Shown here piece by piece: positions 41,982-54,899 of a DNA stretch of 64,000 bases. This stretch comes from the human T2T-CHM13v2.0 reference genome, Homo sapiens, in assembly GCF_009914755.1 (NCBI RefSeq), contig NC_060947.1; one strand, written 5' to 3'. The notes beneath the pieces are model-generated. The model made no database searches and was not told the origin of the DNA. It worked only from the letters and a program-made list of their open reading frames with translations. Position numbers and translations under genes: made by a program. Within the stretch, counting starts at the first letter, position 1; the number at the start of each line of letters is the position of its first letter.

Positions 41982-42734
41982 TTCCTAAAAATCACTTCCT
42001 TATCCATGAACTCAAGTGACCAGATGCCTTCAAACCAAGTTTCAAATTGCCCAAATGTCTTCTCAGGAGAGAAAAATTTGTCCCTGTGAAGCAGGCAGGC
42101 AGCTCAGGGGACAGATGGATGCCAGGGAGTGTCCCTAGAGATGATAATTGTAACCCATCCTAACATAACCCTTCTCTTCCTTTATGCCCTCTCTCAAACC
42201 ACTTATCTTCTAATTTCCATTGACTTCTTCTCCCTTTTTAAAGGATGAAACCACCCAACTGATGCATCTAAAGTACTAGTGGCAGAACTGGGCTTAGGCA
42301 TATAGCTCATAACTTGTTATTAGGAAGATATAATAGATAGAAATGTGTTTTTTGACAGAATTTGAAGATGAGGAAGAAAATTATAGGGAGGCTTTAAGTG
42401 TTCCTAGCTTTCAGCTTCCCTTCTAGGAACCATCTGATGGTCTGGGTTCATGTGCTTGGAAGCACTAAGTGCAGCATCTCCACACTGAGCAGGCTGATGT
42501 TTGCATCGTCTTCCAGGTACAAACAGTCTCCTCACCACTGAGGGGCACTATCAGATGTAATTGGGTCTAGCAGGAATAAGACCTAGGAAGAAAGAACAGA
42601 TAGAAAAGAGGTACACAAGATGAAACATAGCATTCTACCACTAATGGGGATTAGGGGTTTGAATAGTGCCTAGGGCATCCTGCTTTTTCAGAATATTTAC
42701 AAAGAATGGAATGTCTAGAATAATGAAGCCTGAC

Positions 42735-42930
42735 ATAGTGCTTGGTGCTGTATACATAATGTCTCACTTAATACTCTCAACCCAATGAAGTATGTACTGT
42801 TATTATCATCTCCATTTTAAAAAGGAAGGAACTAGGCACAAGGAAGTTACATAGCTTGTCCAAGATAATACAGGAAAAATTAGGGACCAGGTCACATTTG
42901 TCTTATTCCATAACTCTTGCTTCTAACCCA
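42735..42930 (-). mobile_element. MIR SINE
   Basis: tctcacttaatactc...attatcatctccattttaaaaaggaaggaactaggcaca...cttgtccaagat. Confidence 0.7.
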
Positions 42931-44319
42931 ACCATTTGTTTGGCTTAATGAGTGGTGAGTTAAAAATGTGAGCAATGATGTGAAGGCAGAAAAATGTGGT
43001 CTGCAACATGGGAGGTACAAAGTGGGGGTGGGGAAGTATAGTACCAGAAAAAAAAATAACTAAAGTTGGTTCAGAGAGAGAAGAGTTAGATGGTTATTAA
43101 GGAAACCCCTGGAAGAAAATATTTGGCCCCTGATGTCTCAGTAACTCCTATATCTTCAATGTGAAAGAAGACTAAATGAAATTGATAAAAATGATTTTTT
43201 CATTTCAAAATGAGCATAAAGGTGTTCTTCTCCCTCTAATTAGTACAGATTAATTAGATGTAAACTATAGTCCACAGGCCAAGAAACAAATTCAGGTAGG
43301 GATATATAGGTGGATTAAAAAAACACCAAAATATGAATATCAAACAAATCCTAAGAAAAACAGTACTTACACATTGCAGAATTGCTTACCTTATGTTATT
43401 TCTGGGGATACCTAAGCCATATCTGTTTATTCAGCCACTGATAGCCTCTGAAAAGTAAAAGCCACTTTTACAAATCCGGGGTAACACTGGTGTCTCTGTA
43501 ATCACAGGACACAGATCAAGCTAGAGTTTGTTACTCTGATATCTCTCTGTCACAGAAATATGGCCCCATATGCAAGGACTGAGTAAGCTAGTTGCCAGAA
43601 TGGCTAGGAAGGGGGTGTCAGTTTCAGCCATGGTATTCTTGTAGTATTATTTAGGCTCTGTGGGCTGCCACGTTCCAACAGGTCTCACTAGGCAGTGGTT
43701 GTGTATTTTTGTTGCAGGATTACTTGTAACACCATTTCATTTCTAAGACTTGATGTTCTCCCTCTCTATTTCTATAGAGCATTGGAAATTGGCAAAAATA
43801 AAAAATAATAATATAGCCAATTCGATCCAAGCTGACAACATGTTCCTATTTTTCTCCATCTGCCATGAATTTTATATTCTGACAAGGGCTTGACCTTTGG
43901 AGAAGCAGACCTCTGTTGGGTTACTTCTTTGGTACATTTTTATCTTCCAGGTATTTTGGAAACTATTTACCTGTGCTAATAATTTGCCATCCAAATAGGT
44001 CAGTGCTTCACTGACTTATTATTATTTGTGTATTCTAAGGAAGCCTATTTGGTATGAACAGACTCATTCTTACTTTTAGAGTTTCTTATTCTATCAGAAT
44101 TCAAATTAACAGAACTTCTATATCATTTGCAATGTGTCAAAATGAAATGGAGTCCCTTGAGAAGTTTCCCAAAAATGGTATAGTAGGAAACCTCAAAGCA
44201 AAGCTTTCTACTTTACTTAGTTTTATTTTTTTTTTTGTTAGTCAGAGAGACTCCTATTTACTGCTTTAATTGACTTTTTTCATTTTTTTAAACCTCATTG
44301 AGCCACACCTTATAGAGCT

Positions 44320-44545
44320 ACAGGTAACATTATTAAACACTTAATGTGAGACAGACATTGTATTACAGTGTTTTGCATGCACTATCTTTATAATATCCCT
44401 AGTATATTTTTAGCTCCACTTTACAGATGAGGAAATTGGGGTTCACGGTACTTAAGAAACTCTCCTGAAGGCCTGCAGCTAGTGATATGGAAGCTAAGAT
44501 TCAAAACCTGTCCATCTGACTTTGAAGCAGATGTTTTTAAACAGT
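44320..44545 (-). mobile_element. MIR SINE
   Basis: ctccactttacagatgaggaaattggggttca...gattcaaaacctgtccatctgact. Confidence 0.85.
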
Positions 44546-44549
44546 TGAC

Positions 44550-45413
44550 TGATATTAGCTAGTGTATTGGCTAAGTTACTGTAACTTGGAGACCCCAAAA
44601 TATAGTGGTTTAAATAATATAGAAATTTCTTTCTCTTTGATTTCACAGTCTGTATAGAGTAGCTCTGATCTATGAGATCATTTAGGGGCCCAGATGCCTT
44701 CCATCTTATGACTCCACCATGATTTAGGAATGCCCCTCATCTGCATAGTTAAAACTGGATCACTGTTGCATCTGCATTCCAGCCCATGGGAAGGAAAGAA
44801 GAAAGAGAGGTTATGGAGGTCAAGTATTTTCATTTCTAAGAATGTGAAGCAGAAGATGCTCACATCAATTCTGCTTATATCCTTTTGGCTAGTCACATAG
44901 TCACACCTAGCTGCAAGAAAAGCTGGCAAATGTAGTCTCTAAATAGGCAGGCGTGTGTCTAGCCAGAATGCTGTGGTCCAAATGTTGGTTTTCCCCCGAA
45001 ATTCACATGTTGGAACCTAATACCAAATAAGATAGTATTAAGAAGTGGGGGCATTTGAGAATTGATTAAGTCATGAGGGCTCCAACCTCACAAGTGGGAT
45101 TAGTGCCCTTATAAAAGAGGTTCAAGGGAGCACCCTTGCCCCTTCTGCCATGTGAGGATACAGCAAGAAGGCTCCATCTCTGAAGCGGAGAGCAAGCCCT
45201 CACCAGACACTGAATCTGCTGGCACCTTGATCTTGGATTTCTCAGCCTTCAGAACTGTGAGCAATAAATTTCGACTGTGTATACATTACCCTGTCTGTGG
45301 TATTTTGTTATGGCAGCTCGGATGAATGAAGACACAGAACTTGGGAGGGGCTTCTATTACTAAAAGGAAGGAGGAGAGAACAAATTTTAAGGGGCAACTG
45401 GTAGTCCACCATA
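44550..45413 (-). mobile_element. MLT1J-like MaLR LTR, split by MLT1A
   Basis: agtggtttaaa...ccttccatctt...ctgcattccagc...cacctagctgcaagaaaagctggcaaatgtagtct...ttctattactaaaaggaagg. Confidence 0.85.
44969..45334 (+). mobile_element. MLT1A-like MaLR solo LTR
   Basis: tgctgtggtccaaatgtt...tgcccttataaaaga...ctgctggcaccttgatcttgga...aagaca; 5-bp TSD cagaa (44964-44968, 45335-45339). Confidence 0.92.
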
Positions 45414-46495
45414 CCACCATAGTGTCTGGTGTTATTTATCATCATCCCCTTCCAGAATACAAAAAGTCAAGTAGAGGGCATCAGTAGGAGACTATCTTCT
45501 GTAGAAAAGAGAATGATCTGGTGTCAGATACTCTGGACATTGCAGGTAATGTTATAAAGGTTCAGGGATGGAAGCTTTAAATAGCACCTGTGTTGACTTA
45601 AATATTCATGCTAATATTCACTTAGTTTTATATCCCTTCCTGAGAAGTTAGGTTTAGGGGACATTTATTATTTTAGTATTTATACAGTAGTCAAACTTTT
45701 GTTCTGTCTACAGCCATTTTTTCAGTTGTTACCATTATAATATTGATAACCTGAACCATCAAGTTAATCCTTTTCTTTAGGCTTTTATTCTTGTAAATAT
45801 TCATCAGCTCAGCATTTTCTTTGCTGAGCACCTTATTCAACTAGAAAGGAGAATGTTGCCCCCTGGAAATATCAGCAATGATTTAGATGTGATCGTTCTC
45901 AGATTTCCTCATGTCTGTGTCTCAGTGTGCATAAATATACAGGCTAACTGTTGCTGAGGCAAAGGGTTGGAGATAGATTCCATGGTTTATAGCAACCCTA
46001 TTTGAGTTGCAAATATAAATGTTGTATAGATGCTCTCCCATAGTGGTGTTAGAGTCTGTGGATTTACAGAAGAGAGTTCTTGACCTCACAGGAGAATATG
46101 CGGTAAAGAGTGTTCTAGGAGTAGTTAGTAGTAGCTTTTCTGGGCTTTCTTTAGGAAAATTTAATGCTGGGATTTGGGCATTAAAAGTTCCTCCACAGTT
46201 TGGTGCAAGTGCAAATACTTCTTTAAGGGAATTTTTAAAAGCCACCCAAAGAATTGGATTGTGGAGGAAATCAAAGAATGTTAACATAGAAGCAGTAGAA
46301 AATGTTTCTCTATGTGAGTTCTCATTTGAATGTAGATGTGAGTGGGTGGGCAGGTAGGTACTTTATGTAATCTGATAGGAGGAGAAATTTAGAGGTGGTA
46401 GACTTGACAAGTATCCCTCTGGTTCTCCAGAACTTTAGGATGACATGTTAGACATTTTCTTGAAAGTTAGTGAGAGGTGTTTCCTCTGCAAACAG

Positions 46496-46610
46496 ATCGC
46501 TGAAAGTGACCAGTTTCTAGATGTAGAAACCATCCCAGTTGCCCAGGTTTATCTCTATAAACCAGAATCAACACCAACCGACTCTTGTCTTAGCCCAAGG
46601 GAACAAGAAG
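46496..46610 (+). other. Candidate 115-nt exon (unverified), one open frame: IAESDQFLDVETIPVAQVYLYKPESTPTDSCLSPREQE
   Basis: Acceptor tttcctctgcaaacag, donor AAG|GTATTC; protein not recognised. Confidence 0.2.
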
Positions 46611-47982
46611 GTATTCTGCTTACCTGTTTCCCACCACAAGACCAATTTTAGAATTCATTTTTATTTATCTCAATACAGCTGCCTTTTTAATTGGCAATGA
46701 TCTCTATTGAATTTCTAACTTATGCTGAAACGGTGGCTGCTGGTGGCTGTTTGTATGAGGTATTTGGTATTTTATTTTGGCTTAAATCTGTTTTTATTGC
46801 TCAAATATTGTCAGCAGATGCATTATTTCTACCGGAATTTCCACTGCTCAGTGTACAGGTTATCTCCACTTTGACAGCTCTGTATCTTCAATGTCAGGTA
46901 CACTGCTCCCAAGTCATACTAGATTTACACATTCTATTATACTTCTATTGAACAGCTCTTAATCTGCTCAGAAGAAAACATGCTACAACCAGCAAATTTT
47001 ATCCTCTTGCATTTAATGGGAACCTTTCTTGGCAAGGATGGACAGTTGTATTTGAACCGTTCCAACAAGATCTGGCCAGTTTTGGAAAGATTTTGAAGGA
47101 GTTAACCCTGTAACAGCCAAACTCTGGTTGATACTTTAATATTGCCTGAACACCCAAGTTCTAACCCTGCTCTATTTACTGAGTTACTCCCTCCCCCAGC
47201 TGCCAATAATTCCTAGGAACCTTGCCTAATATAATCCCTGTTTTAGTCACTATAAGTTAGGTTTGATTTACAATGGAATTTCATGCTGAAATTGGGTGGC
47301 AAGATGCACATGTATTTCTTGGGATAACTTTACTGCATAATCTTATATTGATTGTATTTCAAAGGAAGTGTTTTCAATTGTGCTACTCTTAGCTTCATGC
47401 AGCAGTGGGTTGTGTTATAATGGGGTTATTCCACATTTATTGGCTGAGTTTGTCTCTGGAGAGATGTGTTTGAAATTAAGAGGAGGTGGGGCAGAGTTTT
47501 CTTCTACAGTTTGCATTCTGAGGTAGGTAATATCTGATATTCAGGCCAGTTCATTTTTCTTATTGTTTCTTCTCTCCTAAGACACTGTGAATATAAAGTA
47601 ACAAGAGACAGGACAGAGGCTATTGCTAGTCTCCTCATTTGTATGATGGGAATAATAATGCTTACCTTGCAGAGATGTGATGATGATAAAATGAATATAA
47701 AGATTGTAAACATGTTCAATATATAGTTAATGCTGGTGGAAGCTTCTGAGTAGAAGGTAGACTCTAGGATTATCCACACATAACCCTTCATGTATTTTCT
47801 GATCTCCTCCACTGAGATCTGTCCTTTGAATACTATCTCTTTAAGTATGTATGCTGGGGTATTAAGTCTTTTTCTTTACTGTAGAGTTATCTAGTGTGTC
47901 TTTTTATATCTTCTTTGACATCTTTATCTACTGAAAAATCTCTAAACATCTGTAACTGTGCTCAGAAACCTCTTATCCCTGA

Positions 47983-48476
<494 letters not shown>

Positions 48477-49539
48477 TCTCTTTTTTGAAGTGTTAAGTAT
48501 TTTAGACTTGAAAATAATCAGATAATAGCCATCAAGTAATATAAAAACAAGTCCTAAGGCAGGCCATTTTTGCTTCAATTATAATTTCCAGGTATAACAC
48601 CCCCATGTTAATTTAGCCTATGTTGGTGTTTTCTCTGGTGTGGGAAGGTTATTTCAAGTATTGTAAGATAGTTGGGCACTGTCTATCTTCTCCCTCCTTA
48701 TTCAGAGTCTTCCTTCTGCCCTCAGTTTTCTGACCTTGCATCTGCCTTCAGTTTTGCAGTCCTAACTCCTTTTTTCCCCTTATCAACCCCCACTGCTAGC
48801 ATTTTAAATGCCATTGACTTTATAAGGTGTCCCTTCCTATAGCTCAGCAGTTCTACCTTGTTGCAGCTGCTATATAGCACTGACCTCTTATCTCTTTCAA
48901 AAGGAAAGATGAATCTAAGAAGCGACTGTGGCAAAGCAAACTATTCAGAAACTGGCTTGATGCTATCTCTGAGAGAGGTTTGCTTAGTTTGCAGAAGCAA
49001 ATGTCGTGCATGCTTCCATGTTGCTTAGTGTGATTTGTCACTTGGGATTCTCAAGCATTTGATATGAGGCCCTGACTGGCTTAGCTCCTCATCAGAATGC
49101 ACTACAATTTGTTCACTTCAAACCCACCAGGAATAGAGGGCATTCACTTTGACATCTGCTCTTCAGAAGCAGCCCATTAATACTGTACTTGATGTGTCAG
49201 GTTCTTAAAGAAATACTTTTAGTTCTTTTATCCACAATCAGATGACCTGGTTCAAGGTCAGTGCCAACCCTAAGCTGTTTTTCTTTTTGCTTTTCCCTTT
49301 TGACAGTCATTATATGCCTTTGCCTGTTTGTAATCCTCAGAGCCTCTCAGCTCAGGCACTGGTAAGTGTGGTGCAAAGATTGAGGTGGGACCAACATTAT
49401 TGGCATCCCCGGATTTTGGCCACTCTCAGAGGTACCTCAGTAAGCTACCCAGTGATCTCATATCCTCTCTTCCTTCCTCAATCTGTATCTGTTCCAAACT
49501 GCTTCATTCCCACTGCTGTACATGGCTTCTAATATAGAA

Positions 49540-49720
49540 ATTATCATATAGTTAAAACCTATCATATGCCAGGTGCTAAGCCAAATATTGTGCATGTATT
49601 ATATGTACATATATTATCTCATTGAATTCCTGTAGAACCTCTGCGAGGAAGGTGGAAACTCAGGCTCTGAGAGACTAAGCAACCTGCCCAAGGTCATATA
49701 GCTGGGCAATGTAGAATGCA
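49540..49720 (-). mobile_element. MIR SINE
   Basis: ggaaactcaggctctgagagactaagcaacctgcccaaggtcatatagct. Confidence 0.8.
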
Positions 49721-49789
49721 GGGCTGCTAATAGCTTAACAACTTAACCCCTTCTGGACTAGTACTCTTTATAAAGATAATCACTTGTTT

Positions 49790-50000
49790 ATTATTTTCAG
49801 GCAACAAACACTTATTGCACATTATTTTGTGACTGCCACTATGCTAGGCATTTTGGATATATTAATAGATTAAAAATACAGTAGCTACTCTCATAGGTAT
49901 CAAATAAGCTAGGGGAACGAGACAAACAGACAAATGAAATGCCATAAAAATATAAGATTTGAGGTGCTAAGGAAACCCAGAGGGGAACTTAACCCAGACC
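49790..50000 (-). mobile_element. L2 3' end
   Basis: caacaaacacttattgcac...actatgctaggcattttggata...acttaacccagac. Confidence 0.65.
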
Positions 50001-50068
50001 ATGAAGGTTATGTACCCTATGTTGCCTCGCAGGATGAGTAAGAATTCCCTCTCTCATTCTCATTCTCA

Positions 50069-50075
<7 letters not shown>

Positions 50076-50139
<64 letters not shown>
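50076..50139. repeat. (TC)32 microsatellite
   Basis: 64 nt uninterrupted. Confidence 0.98.
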
Positions 50140-50142
<3 letters not shown>

Positions 50143-50208
50143 TCCCTATGTTGGATAGGTCCTTCTCCTTCCTTTGTACTTTTTTGTGTATCTCAGTAAT
50201 AGCACTTA

Positions 50209-50480
50209 TTTATTCTTTTCATTCACTTAACAATAGTTTGAGTACCCACTTTGTGCCAGGCAACGTTTTCAGCACTGGGAACAGAGCAGTGAACAAAACA
50301 AAGTTCTGCCCCTCTTGGATTTTACTTTCTAGTATGGAGATAGACAGGAAACTAATAGATAAATGGATATGGAATAAAATGTCAGGTTGTTAAAAGTAAC
50401 ATGAAGGAAAATAGATTGAGAAGCTGGAGAATGACAGAAGGTGCTATCTTATAGGGAAGACTTCTTTGAGAGGTGACGCT
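50209..50480 (-). mobile_element. L2a-like 3' end nested in a + strand L2
   Basis: attcacttaacaatagtttgagtacccactttgtgccaggc...gggaacagagcagtgaacaaaacaaag. Confidence 0.85.
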
Positions 50481-50865
50481 TCCCATGCAGTACTGTGATT
50501 ATGTGTTTACATTTCTGGCTCGCCCTTGATACTCCGTACCTCTGGAGGTAATGGGCTAAGTCTTTACTTTGTAGCCCCAGACAAGAGAATGTAGGAGTTT
50601 GGGGGTATCAGCCAAGGCATAGTTGAAATGATGAGTCAGTGAGTCTACAGATGTCAAGAATGAAGAACAGATGATGGGGGAGGTAAGGGAGTGAGGGAGC
50701 TAGAATGCTGGGAGATTATTGTCAGAGAAGAGGAGATTTACATTTCAGATTTAAAAGATTGAACAATTCCTGATGATTCTGTGGTACACTTACATGTGGG
50801 AATGACTGGGTACAGTAAGGGGAAGCCCACTGAGTCATGTAGCTCAAGAACCTGTGAGGCTAGCA

Positions 50866-51053
50866 CAGTTGTTCTTAAACTTGGGCATACATTAAAATCA
50901 ACTAGAGAGCTTTCAAAATTGCAGCATGAGATCTTGCCTTAGGAGATTCTGATTCAGGAGCTCTGAATAGGTTTCAGAAAAGGGATATATATATATTTTT
51001 AAATAAGTTCCAAAGGAGTTTTAGATGCACAGAGCCAAGGTTCAGAATCACTG
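50866..51053. mobile_element. MER5-family MITE within an older L2-like segment
   Basis: cagttgttcttaaactt...gagattctgattca...aggttcagaatcactg. Confidence 0.75.
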
Positions 51054-51629
51054 GACAAGGATGTTAGAAGTTTGATTCATGTGGGTTTTAAAGCCATGAA
51101 AGATTATGTCAGGACTGAGTGGAAAGGAGGCCTATAAGCCAGGTGTAATGGTCCTCAATGCATCTTGGAACTGACCAGAAATCAGTAGATGGCTGTGACA
51201 AGGAGGGAGAGAGTGTGGTGGAACACAGGGGATGATTTTGGAAAAAGAAGAGTTTTACACAAGGATGGAGAAGTGATTAAAGGCTTTCACCAATTCAGGG
51301 CTATGTAGAAATTTAGGCATCAGTATGCAGTTTGGGGTACTTTGCATGGAAGAAAAGTTCTGGCATTAGTCTGCTTAGCAGATCTGACATCATAACAGTT
51401 AGGCATGATCTGCTCCACCTAGATGTGCTGTCAGCCTTGGGCTTAGGAGACAAAGTCCTCAGCTGCATTTATGAATTTCAGAGAGACACTGGACAAGTAA
51501 CTTGAGCAAACTTCTCTAAAGTGGGCCTGCCTTTAGGGAAGAATATATAGGTAAAGCCTAGAGCATTTCTCTGAGAGTTTTTGGAACTAGTACTATACAT
51601 AACAACTAACTAGAATCATTGGTTCAGCG

Positions 51630-51695
51630 TCAATTATATGCAAAGTATTAATCAACTATATGCAAAGTACTCATCAACTATATGCAAAGTACTGA
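51630..51695. repeat. 3 x 22-bp tandem repeat
   Basis: tcaattatatgcaaagtattaa / tcaactatatgcaaagtactca / tcaactatatgcaaagtactga. Confidence 0.95.
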
Positions 51696-51989
51696 GAAAG
51701 AAGTTACTTTCTCCTGAAAGCAGGTTGTGGGGCAAATAGCGGCTATTTGATAATAATACTGGTTCATTGGGTTCTGAATATTTGAAGTTTCTGATATATC
51801 GAATCATTTTGGTTTTGAAGTAAAGATTACCAAGAGCTTTCACTCAGCCTGTGATTTTCCCTAGGCAGGTGAGACTTCCAATCTTAATAGGGCTTACTTA
51901 AATGATGCAAAAGGCATGCACATGAACCAGTAATTTTTATTAATAACATTATCATCATTGTAATTACTTGCAATCTTGGAAAGATCCTG

Positions 51990-52200
51990 GGGTTATAATG
52001 TAAGAAAAGCCTGTATTTGATTTCTGGCTCTTGATTCTTAGTGTTGTGCCCCATTAGGCAGCATAGGGAATGCCTCTGAGTTCTAATCCCCTCCTCTGTT
52101 AAACTGAAAATAATAATAATAGTTTCTTTATGCTATTGTGAGAAGTAAATTAGATAATATATGTAAATGCATGAAGCATATATTAAGTGGCTCAATAAAA
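51990..52200 (+). mobile_element. MIR SINE
   Basis: cctctgag...cctctgttaaactg...ttgtgagaagtaaattagataatatatgtaaa...gctcaataaa. Confidence 0.7.
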
Positions 52201-52287
52201 GCCGCCTTTCTTCTCAGCTTTTCTTTAGACACCTTTTCCAATCTCACTGTAGCAAGTAAAAATTATTAAAATTGGAACCACAAATCT

Positions 52288-52562
52288 TTTTAAAAAATCA
52301 TTTCAACTTTTAAGATTCAGGGGGTACATGTACAGGTTTGTTACTTGGGGCGTATTGCATGATGCTGAAGTTTGGAATACAAATGATCCCATTACCATTG
52401 TAGTGAGCATAGTATCCAATAGTTAGTTTTTCAACTCTTGCCCTCATCCCTCCCTCTTCCTTCAAGTAGTCTCCAGTGTCTATTTTGCCATCTTTATGCC
52501 CATGAGCACCCAATATTTAGTTCCCACTTATAAATGAGAACATGAGGTAGTTGGTTTTCTGT
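52288..52562 (-). mobile_element. L1PA15/16-like 3' end
   Basis: gattcagggggtacatgtacaggtttgttac...gtagtgagcatagta...cccacttataaatgagaacatg; degenerate TSD tggaa....aaatct. Confidence 0.9.
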
Positions 52563-53566
52563 GGAAATATAAATCTGACTCTGCTTGATGTGTTTAGAAA
52601 TTGTTATCCCCTGTCAATGGGATAAGTTAGTCTCTAGCTTATACAGTATATGCATTTGTTACTTGCCTGCAGTGGAATATATTTGAAAATGGATCACCAA
52701 TTGATAGTTAGACTGTTGACTTCTGGAATGAAATGTGAGAAAATATAACCACTCAAGCTACATTCTTCTATTATTTGCTAAATATCCAAATTGTTACCAT
52801 AAGGGAGAAATATGCCTCATGAATTGCCATGTGACTTTGGCATATGACTGTGGTAATCTCATTTTTAAGAACTGCATGTAAATTTGAAGTAAGAAATTCT
52901 AGTTTCAATTAAAAACAAACTGAGCTGAAATATCCAAAATTCACTGGCTATGAGCTTATCTTTAACAGTTACTAATTTATATGGCCAAGAGGGGTTGTAT
53001 TTGCAAGGCCATCCCCTTAAGAGCTGAGGTTAAACAAGTGAGTGGCATGGGCTATAAATGAATTGAAAATTGCCTTCTGTTCCAGCCCAGTGCAATGGTT
53101 TGTGTTTTGTAATAAGCCCTAGTTGGTGAGGTAACTCATGTCACCAGGAGGAGCTGTCCACAGACTGCTTGATTTGTCACTGCTGTCTGAAGGACACAAC
53201 AGGCTGGGGAAGCTGGCACTCTGCAGAATTTTTATGGTGCTGCATGCATGCATTGGTCTCCCTTATCAAGCTGTAATTCAATAATAAATACAAAAAAATT
53301 TTTGTTTAAATAAATCTAGGGTTGTGACACAACCTGACCAAAGCTAGGAGAGTTAATGCTGATGCTGGGATATTAACTTAGCCAGGGAGCAGTTTGGGTG
53401 AGGGAAAGAAAAAGATGGATGCTGGGAGAGAGTCTCTATTTGTGATAGAGTATTCATCTGCATGGCTGTTTTTCTGGAATGCTTTGGTCTGTGCCATTGG
53501 CTCAATGTAGTCATTTTTCAACTTGGTGTCTTTTTGTTCTTCACGCCCTCACCCTCCTTTTTAAAG

Positions 53567-53702
53567 AGAGACCAAAGAGCATGAAGGGTGACGAGAACCA
53601 CTACAAGAATTTTGTTGCGATAAGCAGAAGCCAGCCTTATAGAGTGGGTTCTGCCATTTTCTCCCAGAATGGTGAATGGTTACAAGAAAATTACTGGGAC
53701 AG
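53567..53702 (+). other. Candidate 136-nt exon (unverified): (E)RPKSMKGDENHYKNFVAISRSQPYRVGSAIFSQNGEWLQENYWD
   Basis: Long pyrimidine-rich tract ending tttttaaag, donor CAG|GTAATT; open frame; protein not recognised. Confidence 0.25.
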
Positions 53703-53759
53703 GTAATTTGGGGAATGGATGGATTTGTGAAACATTTTTTTTTTTCACAAAGAAAACTG

Positions 53760-54062
53760 CTTTTTATTTTTTGTTATTATAAAAGTAATATGTGTTCACT
53801 CAAAAAAAACCTTCAAGCAGTACAGAAAAGTATAAAGAAACCATAAAAATCACCTATTATAATTTTCCCCCTCATATCAGAGATAACATCTGTTAACATT
53901 TTGGTATATCTCCTTTTGTCTCTTCCTGTTACCTTTTTCACAGTGGTTTATTAGGAGAAATTTCTAGAAATGTAATTCACATTTTAGGAACTTGTGATTC
54001 CTATATAAAAGTGATCCTCCACAAGACAGTGCTGATTTCCACTCCAGCACCACTGTGTGAAA
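53760..54062 (-). mobile_element. Old L1M (L1MC5/L1ME4-like) 3' end
   Basis: attataaaagtaatatgtgttca...tacagaaaagtataaagaa...cagagataacatctgttaacattttggtatat. Confidence 0.7.
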
Positions 54063-54084
54063 GTACAGAAGGAAGCCCATGGTC

Positions 54085-54270
54085 ACAATTTATTGCATAA
54101 TGACCACGTGCCAGTCACTGCTCTAAGTACTTTGTAAATATTAACTCATATCATCCTCATAACAACCCTATGAGATGGGTACTACTAGCATTCCCATTTT
54201 ACAGTCAGGGAAACTGAGGTTTAGAAAGGCTACACAGCTAGTCATGAGACTGAACCAGAAGGTTGATCAG
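54085..54270 (-). mobile_element. MIR SINE
   Basis: atcctcataacaaccctatgag...cccattttacagtcagggaaactgagg. Confidence 0.88.
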
Positions 54271-54296
54271 GCTTTGGTATAGGAGAAAGAAATAGC

Positions 54297-54400
54297 TTCT
54301 CTCTCTCTCCCTCTGCCTTGCCTGCCCTGCCTTGCCCTGCCCTTCCCTTCCCTGCCCTTCCCTTCCCTCTCCCTCCTCTCTCCACCCCCACCCCTCCCCC
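54297..54400. repeat. C/T-rich low complexity (CCCTG/CCCTT units)
   Basis: Read directly. Confidence 0.85.
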
Positions 54401-54899
54401 ATCTGTTTACCTCAAGGCCCAGGGAGAAACAACCAATGAAGGAAGAAGTAGCAGCCTAGTGGATAAGCAGAGAGCCAGAGGAGTCCCAAGCAGCTGTGAA
54501 TCTTTAAATTTAGGAGTTCTGGGCAAAGATGTCCTTGCATTATTTTCGTTCCTAAATGAGCAGAACAGAACTTCCTCTCCAGTGCTGGGCTTTGTGAGCT
54601 GAATTTGAACCAACAATGAGAGGGAAAATAGCAACAGATATAGATACACTTATGTTTGTGTGCAAACACACACATATACCCATGGCAAGGAGTGTCCCTC
54701 TGTGGCTCTGATTTCTACTCAGAATCAGAACACCAGGAGAAATGATGATCTTTGTCAAATGAGGTGCTCCCTTAGTTTCCCAGCATTAAACTAGAGTGGG
54801 TATAGATAAATGTTCATAAATGCAGTGATGGAGAGAGAATTGAAAGTCTCTTATTATATTCCAGAATAATTTTGTATGAAGTAGCAGAACATGTGAATA

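Noticed and set aside
45922-46357. Opposing 121-aa and 112-aa ORFs
   Set aside because: No recognisable domain; lengths plausible by chance in 64 kb
46618-46626. Strong minus-strand donor CAG|GTAAGC; also isolated + strand donors near 21855 and 55154
   Set aside because: No convincing partner acceptor; isolated donors are common by chance
51630-51695. CRISPR-like repeat array
   Set aside because: Units are contiguous with no spacers, no cas genes, and the context is mammalian
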